From Candidatus Kuenenia stuttgartensis (GTDB lineage Bacteria > Planctomycetota > Brocadiia > Brocadiales > Brocadiaceae): a stretch of DNA of 32,000 nt. This document shows positions 8,160 to 17,247 of this stretch, piece by piece. Below the pieces are notes generated by a model that was not told the DNA's origin, searched no databases, and saw nothing but the letters and a program-made list of their open reading frames with translations. The translations under genes and the position numbers were made by a program. Each line of letters starts with the position of its first letter. Position 1 is the first letter of the stretch. The stretch lies in NCBI RefSeq assembly GCF_900232105.1, contig NZ_LT934425.1, positions 2,460,001 to 2,492,000 of the forward strand, given 5' to 3'.

Positions 8160-8444
8160 ATGAAGATAAAGAATAGGAAAAAGGAATATGATTATGGAGA
8201 ATGTGAAATTTGCAATACATCTATGGAAGAAAAATATATAAAACAAGATTTCTGGATTCGAGGTGAACTTATTGTTGTGGAAGATGTGCCGGCAGGTGTA
8301 TGTCCCCAATGCGGTGAAAAAGTAGTAAAAGCGGATGTAGGACGACGGATAACAAGATTATTAGAAAATACTGAACGGATTGCAAAAGCCCCCAAAATTT
8401 CCGTTCCTACTATTAAATTTGATAAAGAAAAAACAGAGGTTTAG
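8160..8444 (+). CDS. YgiT/MqsA-type zinc-finger antitoxin
   Basis: CEIC...(33 aa)...CPQCGEKV four-Cys arrangement with 'VVEDVPAGVCPQCGE', typical of the YgiT-type zinc finger. It lies 10 nt downstream of the DUF4258 gene. Confidence 0.7.
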   Translation: MKIKNRKKEYDYGECEICNTSMEEKYIKQDFWIRGELIVVEDVPAGVCPQCGEKVVKADVGRRITRLLENTERIAKAPKISVPTIKFDKEKTEV

Positions 8445-8705
8445 TTCTATTAGATTGCATAAGATAAAAGGAAGCTGTTTTTTATGAAAAGCACAATTAA
8501 AAAATCAAAAATACATCCTTTGGGAGCGACCACAAATAACATGGTATTGTATAGTACCAATAGTATCGTTGTAGTGTCTTTGTGTATGTCACGGTAATAG
8601 CCGTTACAACTAGTAAATATAGGCATTGACACCCTCCAGCCATTATGATAGCATTAGGATTAAGCGGTATTTTATCCGGCGCATTAATCCTAATAGGTGT
8701 CATTA

Positions 8706-10403
8706 TGCGTTTAGCTAAGTATTCTCATCGCAAGCTCTTGGGACTATTCCAGCAGAGGATGTCGTTTTAACTCTGGACAGTATCAAAGAAGCTTTGGGAA
8801 CGACTTCAAAAGCAACGGTTTTCAGGAAGCTAAAATCGCTCGGACATCGTGCGAGTTATTCCCATGCAGGGCAAATACCATACACTGGATACACTTGCAA
8901 GCTATAATAAATATGGCATTTGGAGTTTCAATCAAATATATTTTTCTCAACAAGGAAGTCTTGTATATACTCTCGAGGCCATCATTAATAAATCTCATGG
9001 AAGGTTGTTTTGCCTCGGAGCTTCAAACGCTGGTACATGTGCGAGTCTTTAATGCACTGACTCAATTAGTGGTATCTGGAAGAGTCTTGCGCGAGCAGAT
9101 TGCCGGAGAATATTTGTATATCTCCAAGGTGTTAGGTACGGATCAACTCGCCAGACGTAAACAGTCAATCATGTTGTGTGCTTGTAAGGAAGAAAATGTA
9201 TTAATTCCCGGCTTTGGGAGTGAGGCGGTTACGGATTGCCTGCAGACATTTCTTTCCTATACTTGATGAAAGGCAGAAACGGCTTTATCTTGGTTTAGAA
9301 TCAATGAAACTGGGATATGGCGGCGATTTAAGACTTTCACTGCTAACCGGCATAAATGTAAAAACAATTGCCAAGGGGCGTCGGGAACTTTCGAGTAAGA
9401 ACATTACACCGGGACGGATACGTAAGGTTGGTGCAGGTCGTTCTTCGATTAAAAAAAAACTGATGTGGTAAAACTTCTTGAAGAATTGATGGAGGGCGAT
9501 ACTGCAGGAGACCCAATGGGTAAAGGAAAAATATGGACGAGAAGAAGCACACGTACTCTAAAAAAAGAATGCGGTGATAGAGGTGTAAGCGTATGTGCAA
9601 CAACAGTTAGTAAGCTTCTTAAGGACATGGATTATTCTCTGAGAGTAAATCGCAAAACGATAGCAGAGACACGTCATCCGGACCGTAATAGACAGTTTGA
9701 AATTATTAATGAGACAAAAAAGTATTTTGAAGATTCTGGTCAGCCAATAATCAGTGTTGACAGTAAGAAAAAGGAATTGATAGGTAATTTCAGAAATGAG
9801 GGCAAGGCGTGGACAAAAATAGTAAATGAAGTTTTGGCCCATGATTTTCGTTCTCAGGCAATTGGTGTTGGATGTCCGTTTGGTATCTATGAATTGCTGA
9901 CTAATTTAGGGACAGTTATTGTTGGTACGTCCTATGACACACCGGAATTTGCAGTCGAGTCAATTAAGATTTGGCTGGATGAATTTGGTTGGAAGAGGTA
10001 TCCATGCGCAAAAGAACTCCTTATTCTTTGTGACGCAGGAGGGAGCAACGGATTTCGTCCCCGGTTGTGGAAATATGCGCTTTATCAAAATATTTGTAAA
10101 GTTTACGGACTCTCCATCAGGATTTGCCACTATCCCTCAGGAGCATCAAAATGGAATCCGGTAGAACATCGTCTGTTTAGTTTTATCAGTAAAAATTGGG
10201 AGGGGAATCCTTTGAGGTCTTATGATGTTATGCTAAGTTTAATTGCTGGCACTACAACAACAGCGGGTCTTCTCGTACAAACCATTCTTAACGAGAAAGA
10301 ATACCAAAAAGGAATCAAAATCACTGATGACCAAATGAAAGAAATAAACATAAACAAACACAGTGTCTTGCCAGATTGGAATTATACAATTTCACTTAAC
10401 TAA
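8706..10403 (+). mobile_element. ISAzo13-type (Rhodopirellula DDE transposase family) insertion sequence remnant with multiply frameshifted ORFs
   Basis: 9465..10403 encodes the DDE domain (ISVDSKKKELIGNF, ILCDAGGSNG, YPSGASKWNPVEHRLFS). The N-terminal part ILDERQKRLYLGLESMKLGYGG lies in another frame (9214..9471). A further upstream winged-helix-like part (TVFRKLKSLGHRASYSHAGKYHTLD) is split over two more frames. Element ends were not identified. Confidence 0.75.
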
Positions 10404-10442
10404 ATTAATAAAAATACCAAATTATTTTTGGACAGTGTCTAA

Positions 10443-10726
10443 ATGGCATACAATATAAAATGGTCTCCACGGGCTGCCTCCGATTTTGAAGAAATTTGTG
10501 AGTACATCGCAAATATTATGCTGCTCTTTTTGCGAGAAAAGTAAATGTCATTGTTAAATCAATTCCTCAATTTCCCAAGTCTGGACGAATGGTTCCTGAG
10601 TATGGAGATGAAGATTTACGAGAAAAGATTTATGAGAATTACAGAATCGTTTATCGTATTAAAGGAGAACTTATTGAGGTTGTTGCCATTTGTCATGGCT
10701 CAAGGCTTTTGGGAAATGTATTGTAA
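10443..10726 (+). pseudogene. ParE/RelE-family toxin, frameshifted
   Basis: MAYNIKWSPRAASDFEEICEYIA then stops. The +1 frame continues KYYAALFARKVNVIVKSIPQFPKSGRMVPEYGDEDLREKIYENYRIVYRIKGELIEVVAICHGSRLL, a classic ParE/RelE core. No antitoxin is left upstream, where the IS ends at 10403. Confidence 0.75.
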
Positions 10727-10953
10727 TCGGAGACGGAACCTCATTTGACAAAAAATTTTTATAGAACATTCTAATATTGAAGCGGATGTTCTTTTACGTG
10801 TTCTTTGTGATGACCCTCCAGTTGATGCGATTGAAGAATCAGGAGGGGTAATCGTGAGTTACGAAGAAGATAGAGAACCTGTCAGTGTGGCTCAAGTTCC
10901 GGGGCACCATACATAATTATTGACTTCATTATTAAAATAGTTAAGAGGTGTTC

Positions 10954-11583
10954 ATGTCCGGAATTGCTCGTGTGGTAGTTCCGGAAACGCCACATCATAT
11001 TACTCAACGAGGAAGTCGACGTATGCAGGCATTCTTCTGCGACTAGGATTGTGAGGCTACATAGACTTGACGTTTCAGTGGTGTAGGCGCTCAGACATTG
11101 AAATATGGGCATATTGCTTGCTGCCAAACCATGTACACCTGATTAGGTTCCGCCCTCTGAAAATGCGCTTAGCCAGGCGATTGGAGAAGCGCATCGACGC
11201 TACACACATCGCGTAAATTTCCGGGAAGGCTGGAGAGGCCACCTGCGGCAAGGACGTTTTGCCTCTTTCCCAATAGACAAAACCCATTTGTGTTTAGCCT
11301 AGTGGCACATTTTGCCTGTGCGGAATACAGGCAGGAATGCCTGTACCACCCTTGCAATAAATTTTATTATTCATCTTCCGAAAACCTTATTTTTTTGACT
11401 ATATTTACAAAAAATCGGGAATGCACCCTTGCTGGGAGAGATGATCGTCTTGTGCATGGAGAGCCGTTGCTTGAGATGTTTGGCAAGTGGGACGAGTTTC
11501 TTTCCAGAGGTCTATCGGAAGGAGAAGTTGAAAAGGACCGATGTCATGAGCGAGCCGGAAGACCTCTTAGCGCCGACAGTTTT
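10954..11583 (+). pseudogene. RAYT / IS200-like Y1 transposase, dead copy A
   Basis: MSGIARVVVPETPHHITQRGSRR..., with a TAG at the FFCD* position, 1-nt deletions, and a central segment replaced by foreign repeats (11300-11427). The 3' end is cut by the MITE at 11584. Left inverted repeat GGGGCACCATAC at 10901-10912. Confidence 0.8.
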
Positions 11584-11724
11584 GGGAGCATTCCCGATTT
11601 TTTGTAAGTGTTCATGGAGTTGGGGCAAAACAACCCTGACAGGGTTTCAAACCCTGTCAGGGTTAACACTACTGTACGTTTTATTAAAACATGGCGGAAG
11701 TCACAAAAAATCGGGAATGCACCC
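11584..11724. mobile_element. 141-bp MITE, copy A
   Basis: Terminal inverted repeats GGGAGCATTCCCGATTTTTTGT ... ACAAAAAATCGGGAATGCACCC. Central 33-nt palindrome at 11632-11664. The left flank is GACAGTTTT. Confidence 0.8.
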
Positions 11725-11835
11725 CTACAAGACCTCTAAACCAATCTCAAAAGAAAGGGCTCAGGACACTTTATCTGATGCTGTTTATTTTGTAAATGCC
11801 ATAATGAAATATCTGGAAGATGATATGAAGAAATC

Positions 11836-12012
11836 ATGAAAGCTGTGCATCCGGATAAGGCATACAATCTTGAAATGCCGATTGAAATGTTCGCGGGCGA
11901 AGGAGATGTGGTTTTTGCTATCAGCAGTTCCGGCAGATCCGAGAACATCCTCTGCAGGGTTAGGGTAGGCATATCTAAAAAGTGCAGAGTAATTACACTG
12001 TCTGAAGTTTGA
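11836..12012 (+). pseudogene. SIS-domain (GmhA-like sedoheptulose-7-P isomerase) gene fragment
   Basis: A 58-codon frame: ...FAGEGDVVFAISSSGRSENILCRVRVGISKKCRVITLSEV*. It resembles the GDVL-x-ISTSGNS-x-N...G..VI-LTG core of SIS/GmhA proteins. It lacks both the N- and C-terminal parts. Confidence 0.35.
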
Positions 12013-12173
12013 GCAACAAAGGCCTCTTCCTTTTGAATACAAAAGCGTCAAGCTTGATTGTGAACATAGAATTGATATTTATAGTTGAAGAAAAAAGGTT
12101 ATCCTCAACAAAGGCTCTTCCTGGGCCAAAATTTTAATAGCAAGCCTCTTATAATCAGTCTGGATTATGGAGT

Positions 12174-12635
12174 ATGATAAAAGTTTATTTTGATAACTGC
12201 GTGTATAACAGACCCTTTGATGATCAGGGCAATGAGAGGGTTTTGATTGAGGCAAGGGCTTTTTATATTATTCTTAAGTGGATTGAAGATGGGAAAATAA
12301 CGAGTATCAACTCCGATGCCCTTGAATATGAAAACGGTATGACGCCTGATCCTGACAGACGAATCAGGATTAAGACATACCTTGCCATGACAAAGGCGCA
12401 TGCAAAGTTTTCTGAATCTCTGGCTGAGAGGGCGAAAGAGATTGTTGGTTTAGGTATGAGGGGGATGGATGCCGTGCACATAGCTATGGCAGAGCATGAG
12501 AATGCCGAATACTTTGTTACCTGTGATGATGGTATAATAAAAAGAGCCAAAGAATTCTCAGAAATGCTTAGAGTGAAGGTTTGTAGTATATTGAAATTTC
12601 TGGAGGAGGTAATGCAATATGGCGAAGACAATTAG
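12174..12635 (+). CDS. PIN-domain protein (VapC-like toxin candidate)
   Basis: 153 aa with acidic residues spaced like a PIN fold: FDNCV (D7), EARA, MDAVHIAMA, VTCDDGI. Confidence 0.55.
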   Translation: MIKVYFDNCVYNRPFDDQGNERVLIEARAFYIILKWIEDGKITSINSDALEYENGMTPDPDRRIRIKTYLAMTKAHAKFSESLAERAKEIVGLGMRGMDAVHIAMAEHENAEYFVTCDDGIIKRAKEFSEMLRVKVCSILKFLEEVMQYGEDN

Positions 12636-12810
12636 TGAGGTTAAAGAGATAGGATGGGACGCCCTCGTTGAACGCTTAGGAGCAAGCGGCGCAACGCTAT
12701 TCATTTTGGAATACGAAAAAGGTTATGGAGATTACACCAAAGACAGAACAAAGATATTCGACAAAAAACCCCTTGAAGAAATTATAGAAGAAATCAAAGG
12801 AGAGGATTAA
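12619..12810 (+). CDS. small acidic protein downstream of the PIN gene (possible cognate partner)
   Basis: 63-aa ORF overlapping the PIN gene by 17 nt. No recognisable motif. The call rests on position only. Confidence 0.3.
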   Translation: MAKTISEVKEIGWDALVERLGASGATLFILEYEKGYGDYTKDRTKIFDKKPLEEIIEEIKGED

Positions 12811-12862
12811 CATAAAATGAAAGATTCACCTTGCAGCGAAAATAATGAAAGGAGGAGTGAGG

Positions 12863-13018
12863 AATGAACTTACATGAAAGGATATGTTTGGGAAGTCTGT
12901 AATTAAAGGTACTCGTATTACTGTGGAACATATACTCCGTAAATTAGGCGGTGGTATAACTCCTGATGAAATTATCGAAGACCATCCTCATCTAAAAAAA
13001 GGTAACTATTCAGCGTAG
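12863..13018 (+). pseudogene. DUF433-family protein, frameshifted and 3'-truncated
   Basis: MNLHERI then a frameshift, then DMFGKSVIKGTRITVEHILRKLGGGITPDEIIEDHPHLKK (DUF433 core GKPVIKGTRI.V..IL). The end is replaced by the small element starting at 13002. Confidence 0.55.
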
Positions 13019-13107
13019 ACGATACACGGCTCGTTCCCAAACCTTGTACTGAACATAGTGAAGTATCTGTTTGGGAATGCATTTGTTCGAGAAACTCCGG
13101 TTTCTCG
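13002..13107. repeat. small insertion-type repeat (GTAACTRTTCAGCGTA ... AAACTCCGGTTTCTCG), long form
   Basis: Shares both ends with 20096-20157. It has an internal inverted repeat GTTCCCAAAC/GTTTGGGAAT and truncates the DUF433 gene. Confidence 0.6.
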
Positions 13108-13269
13108 CCTGTTTGCTGATAGATAGGGAATAAAATCACAGGGTTAAGACAGTTTGTAATTTGTCAAGTCAGACCCGCACTGGAAACAAAGTTTCCAGTG
13201 CAATTGATAGTTCTGGGGACATCATACATAAATTATTGACTTCATTATTAAAATAGTTAAGAGGTGTTC

Positions 13270-14103
13270 ATGTCCAGAATTGCGCATATGGTAGTTCCGG
13301 AAACGTCACATCATATTACTCAACGAGGAAAACGACGTTTGCAGACATTCTTATGCGACGAGGATTATGAGGTATACATAAACTTGACGTTTCAGTGGTG
13401 TAGGCGCTGGGACATTGAAATATGTGCATATTGCTTGCTGCCAAACCATGTACACCTGATTGCGGTTCCGCCCTCTGAAAATGCGCTTAGTCAGGCGATT
13501 GGAGAAGCGCATCGACGCTACACACGCCGCGTAAACTTCCGGGAAGGCTGGAGAGGACGCCTGTGGTAAGGACGTTTTGCCTCTTTCCCAATGGACAAAA
13601 CCCATTTGTACTTAGCCGCACGCTATGCTGAACTGAATCTGGTGAGAGCAACATTAGTTAAGAAACTGCAGGGGCACCGATGGGGTAGCGCATCCGCGCA
13701 CATTGCTGGGAGAGATGACCGTCTTGTGCCTGTAGAGCCGTTGTTTGAGATGTTTGGCAAGTGGGACGAGTTTCTTTCCAGAGGTCTATCGGAAGGAGAA
13801 GTTGAAAAGGCCCGATGTCATGAGCGAGCCGGAAGACCTCTTAGCGCCGACAGTTTTGGGTGTATTCCCGATTTTTTGTGATTTCCGCCATGTTTTATGA
13901 AACGTTGCAGTAGTGTTAACCCTGACAGGGTTTCAAACCCTGTCAGGGTTGTTTTGCCCCGACTCCATGAACGCTTACAAACAATCGGGAATGCACCCGA
14001 CAGTTTTTTAGTCCAGCTTGAAAATGCTCCTGGAAGAATACTCCATAAGCAAGAATCTGGCCCAAAGAGGTCTCAAAAGGAAAAGAAGCATCTCCAAAAT
14101 TGA
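13270..14103 (+). pseudogene. RAYT / IS200-like Y1 transposase, copy B (least damaged)
   Basis: HUH motif PNHVHLIAV. C-terminal helix AARYAELNLVRATLVKK..HRWGSASAH. In-frame TAA at 13567-13569 where copies A and C have CAA (LW*GRFAS). MITE inserted at 13858-13998. After the MITE the tail resumes (DSFLVQLENAPGRILHKQESGPKRSQKEKK*). Flanking inverted repeats at 13215-13227 and 14104-14115. Confidence 0.85.
13858..13998. mobile_element. 141-bp MITE, copy B, with 9-bp target-site duplication
   Basis: TIRs GGGTGTATTCCCGATTTTTTGT / ACAAACAATCGGGAATGCACCC. Palindrome at 13918-13950. Direct repeats GACAGTTTT at 13849-13857 and 13999-14007. The interior is reverse-complemented relative to copy A. Confidence 0.85.
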
Positions 14104-14197
14104 GTATGGCGTCCCTGAATTCGTCAAAGGTTGATAAGTATGATTGCCTTAGTGTTAATTGACTTGATGGTAATAAAAATTTATTGGAGAAAAAACG

Positions 14198-14401
14198 ATG
14201 AAAACAAAAACCCTTCCATTTGCAAAAGAATTTATAACAGATTCTAAAGGGCACATTACCAAAATAATTATGGATTTTGATGATTATCAACGTTTTCTTG
14301 ATTGGGTTGAAGATGAAGGATTAGTTCTGGCAATGAATGAGGTTGAAAATGAAGCGTCTATGAGCCTGGAAAAGGCATTAAATGAACTTGAAAAGAAATG
14401 A
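14198..14401 (+). CDS. putative antitoxin of the RelE/ParE pair
   Basis: 67-aa acidic ORF (IMDFDDYQRFLDWVEDEGLVLAMNEVENE) overlapping the downstream toxin by ATGA. Confidence 0.5.
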   Translation: MKTKTLPFAKEFITDSKGHITKIIMDFDDYQRFLDWVEDEGLVLAMNEVENEASMSLEKALNELEKK

Positions 14402-14688
14402 AGACGGAGTATATATCAAGTTTTATAAAGGATTTGGGAGCGCTAAAAGGTTCCCATTATTATGAGAAGATTAAAACTATGGTTTTCGAAGATATTCCCA
14501 AATTACCTGATATAGACAAAGTGAAGAATTTAAGAAAGTTAAAAAATAACAAACCATATTACCGGATTCGTATTGGGGAATATAGAATAGGAGTTAGATT
14601 GAATAATAATACACTGGTTTTATGCGTAACACGTAAATATACAGATTTTCGAAATTTGCTCGCCAATAATTTGAAAATTTTCAGTTAA
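14398..14688 (+). CDS. RelE/ParE-family toxin whose 3' end is replaced by an IS630 fragment
   Basis: KLKNNKPYYRIRIGEYRIGVRLNNNTLVLCVTR is the RelE/ParE beta-sheet core. From 14652 on the sequence is identical to the IS630 end at 15445, so the last residues are foreign. Confidence 0.6.
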   Translation: MKTEYISSFIKDLGALKGSHYYEKIKTMVFEDIPKLPDIDKVKNLRKLKNNKPYYRIRIGEYRIGVRLNNNTLVLCVTRKYTDFRNLLANNLKIFS

Positions 14689-14929
14689 AAGAGTAGACAA
14701 TTCATCTGTATACTCGTTAATATTTTTGAAAAAACTTAAACATTTGTTTTTAAACTTCTCATAAGTATCATAATACTTGTTATACAATATTTTCCATAAT
14801 TTGCGAATAGAATTTCCATAATCTTTCAATGAGATTTAAATTGGGCGAATAGGAAGGGAGAAATTTGATCTTTATTCTCGAATTTGCAAGGTATTCTTTG
14901 ACCAACTGACCTGTAATATTTAGCATTAT
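14652..14929 (-). mobile_element. IS630-family element, 3'-terminal fragment (duplicate of 15445-15725)
   Basis: Near-identical to the 3' end of the full copy. It encodes the transposase C-terminus ...YNKYYDTYEKFKNKCLSFFKNINEYTDELSTLLTENFQIIGEQISKI on the minus strand. Confidence 0.8.
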
Positions 14930-14958
14930 TGCACCGTCTTGTGATTAGATGTTTGTAA

Positions 14959-15145
14959 CGATTTTCTTACCAGCGGTCTATCGGAAGAAGAAGTCGAAGA
15001 GGTTCGATGTCATGGGCGAACCGGAAGACCTCCTGGCGCTGACAGTTTTTTAGTCCAGCTTGAAAATGCTCCTGGAAGAATACTCCATAAGCAAAAACCT
15101 GGCCCAAAGAGGTCTCAAAAGGAAAAGAAGCATCTCCAAAATTAA
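14959..15145 (+). pseudogene. RAYT 3' fragment (copy D)
   Basis: Matches copy C 21110-21290 (...EEVEEVRCHGRTGRPPGADSFLVQLENAPGRILHKQKPGPKRSQKEKKHLQN*). The MITE target site GACAGTTTT is uninterrupted at 15041-15049. Right inverted repeat GTATGGCGTCCC at 15146-15157. Confidence 0.75.
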
Positions 15146-15233
15146 GTATGGCGTCCCATGAATTCTCAATAAGTGGGATGTGTCTCCTTTTTCCAAGATA
15201 AAATTAAATAAGATTAACGGGAGGATTAGCTTC

Positions 15234-15434
15234 ATGAAAGTTATTACAGAAAAAGAAGAACTTTATAAACTTATTAAAGAAGCGGTAAGAGAGGTTTTGC
15301 ACGAAGAAATTGTGGAGATATTTCTTAAAAATATACCTTTGATTTCAAAGGAAGAAATGAAAGATATTGAAAATTTGTACGGGAAGCCATCGTTAGATAA
15401 AATAGCGGCGTTTAGCGAGACAATAGAGATATAG
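15234..15434 (+). CDS. small acidic ORF, possible orphan antitoxin
   Basis: ATG at 15234 follows GGGAGGA. The 66-aa K/E-rich product is MKVITEKEELYKLIKEAVREVLHEE. It ends 10 nt before the IS630 end. Function not recognised. Confidence 0.25.
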   Translation: MKVITEKEELYKLIKEAVREVLHEEIVEIFLKNIPLISKEEMKDIENLYGKPSLDKIAAFSETIEI

Positions 15435-15444
15435 TCAAACAAAT

Positions 15445-16480
15445 CAGATTTTCGAAATTTGCTCGCCAATAATTTGAAAATTTTCAGTTAAAAGAGTAGA
15501 CAATTCATCTGTATACTCGTTAATATTTTTGAAAAAACTTAAACATTTGTTTTTAAACTTCTCATAAGTATCATAATACTTGTTATACAATATTTTTTTG
15601 CGAAAGAATTTCCATAATCTTTCAATGAGATTTAAATTGGGCGAATAGGAAGGGAGAAATTTGATCTTTATTCTCGAATTTGCAAGGTATTCTTTGACCA
15701 ATTTAGACCTGTAATATTTAGCATTATCAGAGATTATGTAAATAGTACCGGCTTGAGCATACCTTGACTCTATTTCATGGAAAAGCTTTATTGTTGATTG
15801 AGCATTGATGCTTTCATCTTCCCGGATTGTTACTTCAAAGGTTTCTATGTCAATAGCCCGTTTAAATTTATTCTTTTCCTGCCGGTATTAGAGGGTATTT
15901 CCTTCTTTTTGCCTTTCTCTATCCAGCAATATGCAGACGTAGAATTGTGCTGTGGATGAACTCCATCCATAAAAAGTATCTTATCTCCGGGGGCTTTCTC
16001 TTCTTTGAGTTGTTTGTAGTTTTCGATAAATTCTTTTTGTTTTTCAGGGTTTGCTTTGCCTGGAACTATTGTAGTTTTCTTGTAAGTAAAGCCTAATCTA
16101 TCGAGGGTATGTACCATTCCTTCGGGTGTATAGATTTTATTGAATGTCTGTTTTACATATTCAACAATTTCTTTTGCCGCACTATAGTTGTTTTTCCTGA
16201 TATGATCTTTTAATTGTTCTTCTTGTTCGCAGGTGAGTTTTGGCACACAGCCAATATAATTGTCAGATAAAAGCCCGTCAAAACCTTTATCTTTGTATAG
16301 TTTTTCGTAATTCCTGATTGTTTGATCGTCTAACAAGAGCGCCTCTGCTACTTCTTCATAACTCCATCCTGAATCAAGAAGAAGTATAGCTTTGATTCGG
16401 TCGGCATGACGTCTATGAGGCTCTTTCTTATGTGCTTTTTTAAATTCTATTCGGGTTTTTTCACTGAGAAATGGATTCAT
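15445..16480 (-). mobile_element. IS630-family insertion sequence with frameshifted transposase
   Basis: 16480..15845 encodes the HTH N-terminal part (RIKAILLLDSGWSYEEVAEALLLDDQTIRNYEKLYKDKG) and the first D (ILFMDGVHP). The frame breaks at about 15850 (NLNGLLT* versus expected NLNGAIDIET). The remainder (IYIISDNAKYYRSKLVKEY...SYSPNLNLIERLWKFFRKK) lies in another frame to 15444. The upstream end and TIRs were not identified. Confidence 0.8.
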
Positions 16481-16984
16481 GCAGAATTTAATACTCTAGA
16501 AACAATTCAAATGCAAGAAAAAAACAGGTTCTTCTAAAAATAAATGCTTTTTACTATCGCTACTCAATTTGTCCCAGACCTCAGACTTCAACTATTTAAC
16601 AAGTTTTCCCATTTCTGGATTGACAATCCCCGAAGAAGTGTTTATTATGCCAAACGTTTGAAATTCTAAACGTTTAACAATTCAAACAATTCTTTACTGC
16701 CACGCGCATAGGTAAACGGACTGTAAGGGTGACGTCTAACATGGAGCGACAATCTCGTTTCACTGGCAGGCGGGCAAGTTATTCATAAGTACCGCAATAT
16801 AATAAGTTACACATATGATATCCATGTAACTGAGAGGGACGGAGTCCAGGCACTGTTTCCTTTTTACTAAAACGAATGATATTGACATAGCTTACGACGA
16901 CAAGGAGTGTAAGGGACATCACCTCATAGCGGAAGAGATTCGGAAGCTTCCGATCCTCGTATTGACGTGAAGAATATTGCCTTT

Positions 16985-17134
16985 GATGTAGAGAGTAAGA
17001 TGTCATCCTGATTTTTAATAAATCTTGCATGCTTGTCCGCTTGTCAGCCTGTTTTGACCTTTGACCGCTCGCTGCCAACTGTTTATTATCTAATCAACCA
17101 TTTAACGTCTTAACGAATCAACCGTTCTAATGCA
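16985..17134 (+). repeat. R element copy 2
   Basis: Same about 150-nt sequence as 7200-7349 and 17988-18146. Confidence 0.8.
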
Positions 17135-17169
17135 GACCTCTGACCTCTGGCTTCTGACTTCCGATCTTT
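17135..17169 (+). repeat. heptamer array, 5 degenerate units
   Basis: gacctct gacctct ggcttct gacttcc gatcttt. Confidence 0.7.
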
Positions 17170-17247
17170 GCCCACTTACCTCGAATTTGAACTATTTACC
17201 CTTTGCCAGTTTTCCGCCTTACTTTTTATAAATGGGGAATGTGCTAT

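Noticed and set aside
11290-11839. Track ORFs 11290..11607, 11429..11839, 13591..13881, 13897..14103, 20689..20916 and 21000..21290 as separate genes
   Set aside because: They are pieces of the RAYT pseudogenes read through MITE or insertion junctions (for example ...SADSFGSIPDFL* is RAYT tail plus MITE TIR). They are not independent coding sequences.
13177-13201. Perfect 11-bp stem-loop GCACTGGAAAC-AAA-GTTTCCAGTGC just upstream of RAYT copy B, considered as a RAYT recognition hairpin or a terminator
   Set aside because: It is absent from the equivalent position of copies A and C, so it is not part of the RAYT unit. No T-tract follows it, so it is not a convincing intrinsic terminator.
15845-15870. 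IS630 transposase frame break as programmed frameshifting
   Set aside because: The break is at AAACGGGCT, not a slippery heptamer. A one-base deletion explains it, and the neighbourhood is full of decayed elements.
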